Virus record (IMG/VR): IMGVR_UViG_3300025389_001063
Direction: 5' to 3' (one strand)
From: a virus
Lineage: Duplodnaviria > Caudoviricetes
Length of the DNA stretch: 64,000 nucleotides
In this document: positions 18,847 to 27,104 of the stretch, piece after piece
Position numbering within the stretch: position 1 is the stretch's first letter
Layout of the letters: each line of letters begins with the position of its first letter
Translations under genes and position numbers: made by a program
The notes under the pieces: model-generated
What the model was told of the DNA's origin: nothing
Databases searched by the model: none
Seen by the model: the letters and a program-made list of their open reading frames with translations, nothing else

Positions 18847-19912
18847 TTTGGAACCAGTCGATACTCGTTATACTTCACAATGGAGAAAATATCTACCTCT
18901 TCAATTAAGAGATGCAGGTATTGAAACAACCATTATACCAGGAGGACATGTTCCACAAACTTTAACTCCAGGTGCTTTTTTAAACTTTGCCGGTACTAAT
19001 AATTACAAAAGCCAACAAATGTTAAGAATAAGTCAATTATTCTCAAATGGATCTATCAAGGACGGTGATTATTTCTTATATACCGATGCTTGGAACCCTA
19101 CCGTTATACAATTAAAGTATATGGCAGAATTACTAGGTATTAAGATTAAAATTGGTGGTATGTGGCATGCTGGTAGTTATGATCCTCAAGACTTTCTAGG
19201 TAGGCTCATAGGTGATGTTCCTTGGGTAAGAAATGCTGAGGCATCTATGTTTCATTGCTATGATCATAATTTCTTTGCTACCGAATTTCATCTCAAAATG
19301 TTTCTTAAAGAACTGTTTGGCGAAGATGACATTGAGGGATGGAAAGAATATTATCCAGGAACATTGCTTGTCGGATGGCCGATGGAATATCTTTACGAAT
19401 TATTAGCACCATATATGCCTGTTCCTAAAGAAAATATAATAGTATTTCCTCATAGACTAGCACCAGAAAAACAGCCTGAGATATTTGATGATCTTGCAAT
19501 GTCTATGGAAGATTATGAATACAAGTGGATTAAAGCACAAGAAACTGTATTAACAAAAAATGAATATTATAGATTGTTAGGTCAAAGTAAAATAGTCTTT
19601 AGTGCTAATTTACAAGAAACATTAGGTATAAGTGTATATGAAGGTGCAATGGTTGGATCATTCCCGTTAATGCCAAATAGATTAAGTTATAAAGAAATGT
19701 GGCCGGCAGATTCTCTGTATCCAAGTGAATGGACAGAAAGTTGGGATTCATACCTAGAACATAAAGACAAACTAATAAATGTTATACACCGAATAATGAA
19801 TTCGTATGATATACCAATGTTAGTTGAATCTAGAAGAATTGCCGAAGAAGTTGGTGAAAAATTCTTTAACGGTAAAGAGATTTATAAGACTATAATTGAC
19901 TCTACAACCTAA
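18830..19912 (+). CDS. GT-B fold glycosyltransferase in the deazaguanine cluster
   Basis: WHAG, VFPHRLAPEKQPE and QETLGISVYEG (E-x7-E) motifs. Confidence 0.7.
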   Translation: MLYLVDLEPVDTRYTSQWRKYLPLQLRDAGIETTIIPGGHVPQTLTPGAFLNFAGTNNYKSQQMLRISQLFSNGSIKDGDYFLYTDAWNPTVIQLKYMAELLGIKIKIGGMWHAGSYDPQDFLGRLIGDVPWVRNAEASMFHCYDHNFFATEFHLKMFLKELFGEDDIEGWKEYYPGTLLVGWPMEYLYELLAPYMPVPKENIIVFPHRLAPEKQPEIFDDLAMSMEDYEYKWIKAQETVLTKNEYYRLLGQSKIVFSANLQETLGISVYEGAMVGSFPLMPNRLSYKEMWPADSLYPSEWTESWDSYLEHKDKLINVIHRIMNSYDIPMLVESRRIAEEVGEKFFNGKEIYKTIIDSTT

Positions 19913-19924
19913 ATAGTATACAAT
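19896..19924 (+). promoter_or_regulatory. sigma70-type promoter for folE
   Basis: TTGACT (19896-901), 17 nt, TACAAT (19919-24). Confidence 0.55.
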
Positions 19925-19964
19925 TAACAAATCGCAATCCACTGCGTTAACATCGGAGAAAGAA

Positions 19965-20657
19965 ATGACAATGACTAACTGTACTTGCAATGGCACAGCC
20001 GCTGCTATTGCTCAACGTCTAAAAGATAAAGGCGTTAGATTTTTTTGTAATGATAATATTAGTGAATATATCTTTCCTGAAGAACACGATCTGCTTCTAG
20101 CAGAAGTCGAAGAAAACATGAAGAAGGTTCTCGAAAGTCTTGTCATTGATACAGAAAACGATCATAATACAAACGATACTGCTCATCGTGTTGCTAAAAT
20201 GTTTATGAATGAAATCTTTGCTGGTCGGTATGAGCCACAACCAAAGATTACAGCATTTCCAAATGCTAATTCTTATGATGAACTTTATGTAACTGGTCCC
20301 ATTACTATTCGTTCAACTTGTGCCCATCATTTTCAAGGTATTAGAGGTAGAGCATATATTGGAGTATTTCCAGGTAAAAATGTTATCGGATTAAGTAAAT
20401 TTAATCGTATCACAGATTGGATTGCTAGTCGTCCACAAATACAAGAAGAAATGACTGTACAAGTTGCTGATGCAATTGAAAAAGCAACAAAAGCAGAAGG
20501 TGTTGCTGTTCTCATACAAGCAGAACATTTGTGTATGACACATCGGGGTGTAAAAGAACACGAGAGTGATATGACAACTTCTATTATGCGTGGTGCTTTT
20601 AGATCTGATCCACATTTGAAACAAGAATTTTTTAATATAGTAGCGAGGATGAAATAA
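19965..20657 (+). CDS. folE: GTP cyclohydrolase I
   Basis: TAHRVAKM, STCAHHF, GLSKFNRI, RPQIQE and AEHLCMTHRG Zn/GTP motifs. Confidence 0.95.
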   Translation: MTMTNCTCNGTAAAIAQRLKDKGVRFFCNDNISEYIFPEEHDLLLAEVEENMKKVLESLVIDTENDHNTNDTAHRVAKMFMNEIFAGRYEPQPKITAFPNANSYDELYVTGPITIRSTCAHHFQGIRGRAYIGVFPGKNVIGLSKFNRITDWIASRPQIQEEMTVQVADAIEKATKAEGVAVLIQAEHLCMTHRGVKEHESDMTTSIMRGAFRSDPHLKQEFFNIVARMK

Positions 20658-21122
20658 ATGTCATGGCTAAAAGGTATGCTTGAAAATAGTAGTACAAGTA
20701 CAAGTAATGGAACATATGGAGTAGTAGGTGCTACAACTCCTTCCACGTTACCATATACATCTCCAACAACAAATATTGTAGGACCAACTCCTACTACTGT
20801 TCCTAATGGTGGATATTACAGTGGAAGTGGTGGCGGAAATATATCTACTACAACTTATCCATATGTTACAACAGGTACAGGTGGATTACAAAATAATTAT
20901 GGTAATAATATTCATATTAGTGGTACAAATCCTACATTAGCGACAGATAAAGTAAAAATTAATCTTAATGAATTAGGTGAATTAATATCTGTAATAAAAG
21001 AACGTTTATTAATCATTACACCAAATTTTGAAAAGATGGAAAAATATCAAGCATTAAAGAAAGCATACGATCATTATAAATTATTAGAATCGATGCTTGG
21101 AGACGAAGGTGACAAAAAATAA
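20658..21122 (+). CDS. hypothetical protein with Thr/Gly-rich N-terminus and helical C-terminus
   Basis: 154 aa; C-terminal KYQALKKAYDHYKLLESML. Confidence 0.6.
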   Translation: MSWLKGMLENSSTSTSNGTYGVVGATTPSTLPYTSPTTNIVGPTPTTVPNGGYYSGSGGGNISTTTYPYVTTGTGGLQNNYGNNIHISGTNPTLATDKVKINLNELGELISVIKERLLIITPNFEKMEKYQALKKAYDHYKLLESMLGDEGDKK

Positions 21123-21597
21123 TAGTATATGGGGTAAAGGTAAAAACGGTGAAGATCTTTGTATAACATCAGACATGCTAGATAGTTGGCAAAAACATGT
21201 TGATCAAATTAATTTGGAAAAAACAATGATTAATACAGGAACAATTACAATACCAAGTAACAATACTATAGATCTTAGTAATATCACTATTGATGCTAGT
21301 AGCAGTAACAATATGTATTACACTAATAGTGATGGAACAATAAGCACTATTACATTATCACCTCCAAGTGCTAGTAATACTTCTTCCACTTATACAATAG
21401 ACACCGAAAGATATTGGGATACTCACAGTGATTTTTTTCGACAAATGCGAGAATTTGAAGACATTATGCCTTCCTTGACAAAAGTCGAAGAAATGTGTAG
21501 TATGTATCCATCACTAGATAAAGCCTTTGAAAATTTCAAAGCCATTTATAATCTAGTTAAAGATGATTACGAGGCAAGAAAAAACAATGATACCTAA
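21109..21597 (+). CDS. hypothetical protein, probable paralogue of the upstream gene
   Basis: Thr/Ser/Asn-rich middle and C-terminal MYPSLDKAFENFKAIYNLV. GTG 21109 with GGAG RBS preferred over TTG 21097. Confidence 0.55.
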   Translation: MTKNNSIWGKGKNGEDLCITSDMLDSWQKHVDQINLEKTMINTGTITIPSNNTIDLSNITIDASSSNNMYYTNSDGTISTITLSPPSASNTSSTYTIDTERYWDTHSDFFRQMREFEDIMPSLTKVEEMCSMYPSLDKAFENFKAIYNLVKDDYEARKNNDT

Positions 21598-22084
21598 GAC
21601 ATATATCTCATGGCAAGACGTTCAAGGACATGTAAACAATATAGCAGTAAAACTATATCGAGATAATTGGACACCTGATTACATTGTAGGTATACATAGT
21701 GGTGGATCCATTCCTGCTGTTATGCTCTCTAAAATGTTAGGTATTAAATCATATAGTCTCGATGTTAGACTTCGCGACAACGACGAAGATCCAGAAACTA
21801 ATGCTTGGATGAGTGAAGATGCTTTTAATGGTATAAAGATTCTAGTTGTAGACGATATCAACGACAGTGGTGCTACTATTAATTGGATTAAAAAAGATTG
21901 GAAAGATAGTTCTTTGCCTTATGATATTAAATGGGATACTATATTTGGAGATAATGTAAAATTTGCTACAATGATTAATAATCTATCTAGTAATTCGACT
22001 GTAGATTATTACTCAACTGAGATTAATAAAGCAGAAAAAGACGAATGGATTGTTTTTCCTTGGGAAGATTTTTGGAGTAGATAA
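21587..22084 (+). CDS. type I phosphoribosyltransferase (purine PRTase-like)
   Basis: PRPP loop ILVVDDINDSGAT, DYIVGIHSGG and WIVFPWE. Start refined to 21587. Confidence 0.85.
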   Translation: MIPKTYISWQDVQGHVNNIAVKLYRDNWTPDYIVGIHSGGSIPAVMLSKMLGIKSYSLDVRLRDNDEDPETNAWMSEDAFNGIKILVVDDINDSGATINWIKKDWKDSSLPYDIKWDTIFGDNVKFATMINNLSSNSTVDYYSTEINKAEKDEWIVFPWEDFWSR

Positions 22085-22281
22085 TGGATAAGATAGCATA
22101 TTTTCTTTCAATCTTAGCAGGTATAATGTTAATTGTACTAACTGTAACTCATATGTCTCAAGCCAAAAAGTTTCTTGTTGATATTGAAACAGAATTAACA
22201 ACTATTAACAAATCTTTAAAACATTTGAATAGAGATTTTAGTAATTTTCCTCCCAACTTATCTGATCTAGAAAAAAGATAA
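22084..22281 (+). CDS. small membrane-anchored protein
   Basis: 65 aa with an N-terminal hydrophobic helix. Confidence 0.55.
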   Translation: MDKIAYFLSILAGIMLIVLTVTHMSQAKKFLVDIETELTTINKSLKHLNRDFSNFPPNLSDLEKR

Positions 22282-22283
22282 TA

Positions 22284-22312
22284 TTGACATTTACGTTTAG
22301 AAAGCGTATATT
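22284..22312 (+). promoter_or_regulatory. sigma70-type promoter for queE
   Basis: TTGACA (22284-89), 17 nt, TATATT (22307-12). Confidence 0.6.
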
Positions 22313-22318
22313 AATATT

Positions 22319-23170
22319 ATGAAAATCAAAATATCAGAAATCTTTTACAGTCTGCAAGGCGAAGGACAGTATATAGGTGTTCCTAGTATCTTTTTAAGAA
22401 CATTTGGATGTAATTTTACCTGCGGCGGATTTGGAATGCCACGAGGAAAAGTTTCTACTGAAAGAGATGAGATTGCTAAAAAATCTCTCGAATATATTGA
22501 TTATAAAAATTTGCCATTAGTTAGCACAGGTTGTGACAGTTATGCTTCTTGGGATCCTAGATTTAAACATCTATCACCTTTTATGGAAGTCGTAGATATT
22601 GTTGATCGTTTTCAAAAACTACTTCCAGATAGAAAGTTTGGAGAAAAACATTTAATTATTACAGGAGGCGAACCTTTATTAGGTTGGCAACGTTCTTATC
22701 CAGAATTAATTGCTGAGATTTATAATCGAGAAATGAATCTAAAATATTTGACTTTTGAAACTAATGGAACTCAACCATTAGAAGAAAATTTTAAAAAATT
22801 CTTAATCGAGTTAGTTGAAACATTTGGAATAGAAATTACATTTTCAATTAGTTCCAAACTTCCATGTAGTGGTGAAAAGTTTGATGATGCTATTAAACCA
22901 GAAGTTGTAAAAGATTATCTTACTATTCCAAACAGAAGTTATTTCAAATTTGTCATTGCTAATGAACAGGATGCATTAGATGCTCAAGCAGCATTAGGAG
23001 AATATAAGAAAGCAGGAATTGATATTCCAGTTTACTTAATGCCAATCGGTGGTACTAATTCAGTATACGAAATGAATGAAAGACAAGTTGCAGATTATGC
23101 TAGGGATATTGGATATAGGTTTAGTCCACGTATTCAAGTTCCACTATATAAAAATGAATGGGGGACCTAA
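22319..23170 (+). CDS. queE: 7-carboxy-7-deazaguanine synthase (radical SAM)
   Basis: EIFYSLQGEG, FLRTFGCNFTC...CDS with an insertion, TGGEP, ETNGT, FSPRIQ. Confidence 0.9.
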   Translation: MKIKISEIFYSLQGEGQYIGVPSIFLRTFGCNFTCGGFGMPRGKVSTERDEIAKKSLEYIDYKNLPLVSTGCDSYASWDPRFKHLSPFMEVVDIVDRFQKLLPDRKFGEKHLIITGGEPLLGWQRSYPELIAEIYNREMNLKYLTFETNGTQPLEENFKKFLIELVETFGIEITFSISSKLPCSGEKFDDAIKPEVVKDYLTIPNRSYFKFVIANEQDALDAQAALGEYKKAGIDIPVYLMPIGGTNSVYEMNERQVADYARDIGYRFSPRIQVPLYKNEWGT

Positions 23171-23508
23171 TGGGACTTTGGAATTGGATTTTACACGGTG
23201 CGTTTGAACCAAAAAAAGAAGAACAAGCAGTTGAGCAACCAAAAGTTAAAAAACCAAAATTAACAGAAAAAGAACGTGCTACAAAAAACAAAGAACCATT
23301 TGTACAAGTTCTAGAAACTCATGTTGATCCAAATAATCCAGCAAATGGATACTTTGAATTAGATTGGAACAGTTACTTCATTGACGATTTACGAAAAGCA
23401 GGTTATACTGGTAAAACTGAAGAGGAGATAATTGATCAATGGTTCAAACAATTATGCCAGAACATACTAGCAGAAGAACAAATGAACAAGGTAGTCCGAA
23501 TCACATGA
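23170..23508 (+). CDS. hypothetical protein
   Basis: TAATG-coupled to queE; FELDWN motif. Confidence 0.6.
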   Translation: MGLWNWILHGAFEPKKEEQAVEQPKVKKPKLTEKERATKNKEPFVQVLETHVDPNNPANGYFELDWNSYFIDDLRKAGYTGKTEEEIIDQWFKQLCQNILAEEQMNKVVRIT

Positions 23509-24470
23509 ACTATATAATTGTAGATACTGCTAACACATTTTTTCGAGCCCGACATGTTGTTCGCGGAGATGCTGATATTAAAATAGGAATGGCACTACAT
23601 GTTACATTGGCAAGTATTAAAAAAGCATGGCAAGACTTTAACGGCAATCATGTCGTCTTTTGCTTGGAGGGTCGTTCTTGGCGCAAGGACTATTATCCAC
23701 CTTATAAGCGTAATAGGACAGAGGCTCGCGCCGCTCTAACTGAAAAGGAGGCGGAAGAGGATAAACTTTTCTGGGAAACATTTGATAAGTTTAAAGAATT
23801 TATTATCGAAAAAACTAATTGTACTGTACTTCAAAACGATCAACTTGAGGCTGATGACCTTATTGCAGGATGGATTGAATCTCATCCTAATGACAATCAC
23901 ATTATTATCTCTACTGATTCCGATTTTGTCCAGCTTATTGCTCCAAATGTTAAACAATATCACGGAATTAACGAACACATCATTACAAATGAAGGAACCT
24001 TTACTCTTAAAGGAAAACCGGTTATTGATAATAAAACTAAACAACCCAAAGGAGCAATTGATCCAGAATGGCTTCTTTTTGAAAAGTGTATGCGTGGTGA
24101 CCCGACTGATAATGTCTTTTCAGCCTATCCAAAGGTGCGTAAGAATAAACTTCAAGAAGCTTATGAAGATCGTAGAAATAAAGGTTTTGCATGGAATAAT
24201 CTTATGTTACAGCGTTGGGTTGATCACGAAGGCGCTGAACATCGTGTACTCGATGATTATGAACGCAATCGCAGACTTATTGATCTTAAATCTCAACCGG
24301 ATGAAATTAAACAAATCATCCAAGATGTTGTTAGAACAAATAGTATTCCTAAGAATGTTGAACAAGTAGGAATAAGATTAATGAAATTCTGCGGATTATT
24401 TGATCTTGTTAAAATTTCAGAACAAGCACAACAATATGTTGAACCCTTAAATGCAAAATATCCGGAGTAA
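23505..24470 (+). CDS. 5'-3' exonuclease / T4 RNase H-like (FEN fold)
   Basis: IVDTAN, EADDLIA, STDSDFVQL and GDPTDNV acidic motifs. Start refined to 23505. Confidence 0.85.
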   Translation: MNYIIVDTANTFFRARHVVRGDADIKIGMALHVTLASIKKAWQDFNGNHVVFCLEGRSWRKDYYPPYKRNRTEARAALTEKEAEEDKLFWETFDKFKEFIIEKTNCTVLQNDQLEADDLIAGWIESHPNDNHIIISTDSDFVQLIAPNVKQYHGINEHIITNEGTFTLKGKPVIDNKTKQPKGAIDPEWLLFEKCMRGDPTDNVFSAYPKVRKNKLQEAYEDRRNKGFAWNNLMLQRWVDHEGAEHRVLDDYERNRRLIDLKSQPDEIKQIIQDVVRTNSIPKNVEQVGIRLMKFCGLFDLVKISEQAQQYVEPLNAKYPE

Positions 24471-24474
24471 TAAA

Positions 24475-24945
24475 ATGGAAATGAAAGCAAAGCCAGTTAT
24501 TGATGGTAAGTTTTGGATTATCGAGAGTGGAGTTAATCGTGTTGGAACTTTACAAAGAGACGAATCGAATAAGTTTATACTTGTTTCGAATAAACAAAAA
24601 GCGGTTTTTAAAGATGTTAAAACTTTGGAAAAGCAATTTGGAAAAAACTTTTTTGTTACAGCAAAGACAGAAAAGTCTTCTAAAGACGCAAATGAAATTT
24701 ACGGATATCCAACAAATTGCGACCCACATAATCCGATGTATGATATCAAACGTAAATTACCTTTGTTCACCAAGAGCGATGCCAGCAAGAGCGTTTATTG
24801 TGCTGGTTATTATGCTATACGTTTTGACAAAGGTTGGGTAAGAAGTTTTTGTCCAAAATTAATTACTATACAAAGATACAATCATAAAGGTCCCTTTAAA
24901 ACAGAACTAGAATTAAAACAGGTTTTAAGTAATGTCAACAGATAA
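24475..24945 (+). CDS. hypothetical protein
   Basis: About 156-aa ORF; GGAG RBS overlapping the previous stop. Confidence 0.6.
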   Translation: MEMKAKPVIDGKFWIIESGVNRVGTLQRDESNKFILVSNKQKAVFKDVKTLEKQFGKNFFVTAKTEKSSKDANEIYGYPTNCDPHNPMYDIKRKLPLFTKSDASKSVYCAGYYAIRFDKGWVRSFCPKLITIQRYNHKGPFKTELELKQVLSNVNR

Positions 24946-25165
24946 GATATCAATAGCAATATTAGAAGATTTCATTAAAAAAGTTCGTCTTGCCTCTAAA
25001 GGTGGACAAAAAGAGATAAAAATACCTGTTTCCGAAGCAGAGAATATTGTACATAATCTCAGTCTATTAACTCTAAGAATTTTAGATAGATCTCAAAAAA
25101 TAGAACCAAAAGAAGAGGTTATAAGCATTGTTATGGATGGCGGGGGATTCGAAGAAAAGCGATAA
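24932..25165 (+). CDS. hypothetical protein
   Basis: 77-aa ORF in the operon. Confidence 0.6.
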   Translation: MSTDKISIAILEDFIKKVRLASKGGQKEIKIPVSEAENIVHNLSLLTLRILDRSQKIEPKEEVISIVMDGGGFEEKR

Positions 25166-25196
25166 ATATTGTCATACTTATTAAGGAAGTATGATC

Positions 25197-25490
25197 ATGA
25201 GTCGTCCAAAGCCAACGGTAATATTAGAATATACTAATAAGAAGAATTATAAAGTAGAACAGATTCTAGACGCTGAGGCAATCTGGGCAGTATTCTATAA
25301 AAATCAACCTTTTAATTTGAAAAGCAGTTCACTTGTATCAAACTATCCAGGTCCAAAGTATAAAAAAACTTCATTCTCAAATCCAGGACACGCTCACAAT
25401 TTGGCTAAAAAGTTAAATACCATGTTCAAGTGTGAGGATTTTACGGTTGTTAAACTCACACAAGGTGAGACCGTAATATGCGAGGATTAA
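25197..25490 (+). CDS. hypothetical protein
   Basis: MSRPKPTVILE...; ATAAATA at 25162-25168 and AAGGA RBS (alternative ATG at 25191). Confidence 0.6.
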   Translation: MSRPKPTVILEYTNKKNYKVEQILDAEAIWAVFYKNQPFNLKSSSLVSNYPGPKYKKTSFSNPGHAHNLAKKLNTMFKCEDFTVVKLTQGETVICED

Positions 25491-25873
25491 AAGAAGTATA
25501 TACTAAAATATTTCTATCACAAACTGGATTACCATCAGATCCGGATTCTGTCCACAAATACATTTTTAAATGGTGGAAGAATCCTCGAGAAAAATTAAAC
25601 TCTGGCCTTACCTTAACTGAAGAAGGATTTGAATTTCTCGTAACTAAACTTGGACTTAAATGCTATAGAGTTCCATTTCCAAAAGATTTTGAATTTACTG
25701 TACAAGTTGTACTTTGGTTAGACAAGTTTTTAGATTGTCCAAATTATTATAACAAAAAAGAAATATACGTATTTAAAGAAAAGAAAGCCGCGGAACTTCT
25801 TCTATTCTCTGGTGACGTCCGAAAATACGGACTAGCTAAAGCAATGGCTCGTCAACGTGAATTGGAACGTTGA
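25478..25873 (+). CDS. hypothetical protein
   Basis: 131-aa ORF overlapping the previous gene. Confidence 0.6.
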   Translation: MRGLKEVYTKIFLSQTGLPSDPDSVHKYIFKWWKNPREKLNSGLTLTEEGFEFLVTKLGLKCYRVPFPKDFEFTVQVVLWLDKFLDCPNYYNKKEIYVFKEKKAAELLLFSGDVRKYGLAKAMARQRELER

Positions 25874-25887
25874 CAGATAGATAAGTG

Positions 25888-25915
25888 TTGACGCACAGTC
25901 TATAGGTGTTATAGT
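25888..25915 (+). promoter_or_regulatory. sigma70-type promoter with extended -10
   Basis: TTGACG, 16 nt, TATAGT preceded by TGn; upstream of the MoxR gene. Confidence 0.5.
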
Positions 25916-25948
25916 AGCAATATAGACGGAAACAAAGGAGCCAACACA

Positions 25949-27031
25949 ATGTCCGATCTTAGCGTTCGCACCGTAAGCATTAATGGAGCCAAAGCGGCTC
26001 TCCGACACGCATTTTCTAAGCGTCGTCCAATTTTCATCTGGGGCCCCCCAGGCATTGGTAAATCCGATGCTATTCATCAGTTAGGTACTGAACTTGAATC
26101 TCATGTTATCGACGTTCGACTTTCACTTTGGGAACCCACTGATATTAAAGGTATTCCATATTATAATTCTAATGACAATACAATGTCGTGGGCACCTCCG
26201 GTAGAATTACCTACTGAGGAATTTGCTAAACAATTCAAAAACATTATCTTATTCTTAGACGAGATGAATTCGGCTCCGCCCGCGGTGCAGGCTGCGGCTT
26301 ACCAACTAATTCTTAACCGTCGAGTTGGTACTTACAAGTTGCCTGATAATGTGCTCGTCGTTGCCGCTGGTAACCGCGAGGCAGATAAAGGTGTTACGTA
26401 TCGTATGCCTGCACCGCTGAGCAATCGTTTTGTTCACTTAGAACTGCGAGTTGACTTTGAAGATTGGTTAAACTGGGCTGTTGATAACAAGATACATAAA
26501 GACGTTGTTGGTTACCTGTCATTTGCTAAACAGGACTTGTATGACTTTGATCCAAAGACTGCAAGCCGTTCGTTTGCTACACCGCGTTCTTGGCAGTTCG
26601 TTAGCGAATTGTTAGACGATGACATCAACGATTCTACTACAGCAGATCTTGTATCAGGTGCTGTCGGTGAAGGTACGGCTGTTAAATTTATGGCACACCG
26701 CAAGGTTGCTGGACGTATGCCTAATCCAACTGACATTTTACATGGCAAGGTTAAAGAACTTAAAGTTAAAGAGATCTCCGCTATGTATTCGTTAACAGTA
26801 TCTTTGTGCTACGAACTCAAAGATATTGCTCAGAAGAAAGACAAGAAGTTTGATGATTTTGCTGATAACTTCTTCCGCTTTATGATGGATAATTTTGAGA
26901 CTGAACTTGTAGTTATGGGTGCTAAAATTGCTCTTACTAACTATGACTTGCCTCTAGATCCAAGCAAGATGAAGAACTTTGACGAGTTCCACGATCGCTT
27001 TGGCAAGTATGTTATCGCTGCGAACCAGTGA
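25949..27031 (+). CDS. MoxR-family AAA+ ATPase
   Basis: Walker A GPPGIGKS, Walker B LFLDEMN, sensor AAGNR, Arg finger LSNRF. Confidence 0.85.
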   Translation: MSDLSVRTVSINGAKAALRHAFSKRRPIFIWGPPGIGKSDAIHQLGTELESHVIDVRLSLWEPTDIKGIPYYNSNDNTMSWAPPVELPTEEFAKQFKNIILFLDEMNSAPPAVQAAAYQLILNRRVGTYKLPDNVLVVAAGNREADKGVTYRMPAPLSNRFVHLELRVDFEDWLNWAVDNKIHKDVVGYLSFAKQDLYDFDPKTASRSFATPRSWQFVSELLDDDINDSTTADLVSGAVGEGTAVKFMAHRKVAGRMPNPTDILHGKVKELKVKEISAMYSLTVSLCYELKDIAQKKDKKFDDFADNFFRFMMDNFETELVVMGAKIALTNYDLPLDPSKMKNFDEFHDRFGKYVIAANQ

Positions 27032-27043
27032 TGTTGGCAAGTG

Positions 27044-27072
27044 CCGTAGGAGGTTGAAAAAATCTCCTACGG
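27044..27072 (+). terminator. 9-bp stem-loop (terminator or operator) overlapping the -35 of the next promoter
   Basis: CCGTAGGAG, 11-nt loop, CTCCTACGG; the loop contains TTGAAA and TGC-TATATA follows. No clear U-tract. Confidence 0.45.
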
Positions 27073-27104
27073 TGCTATATACATTTACATATTAGGAGAG
27101 TTCC

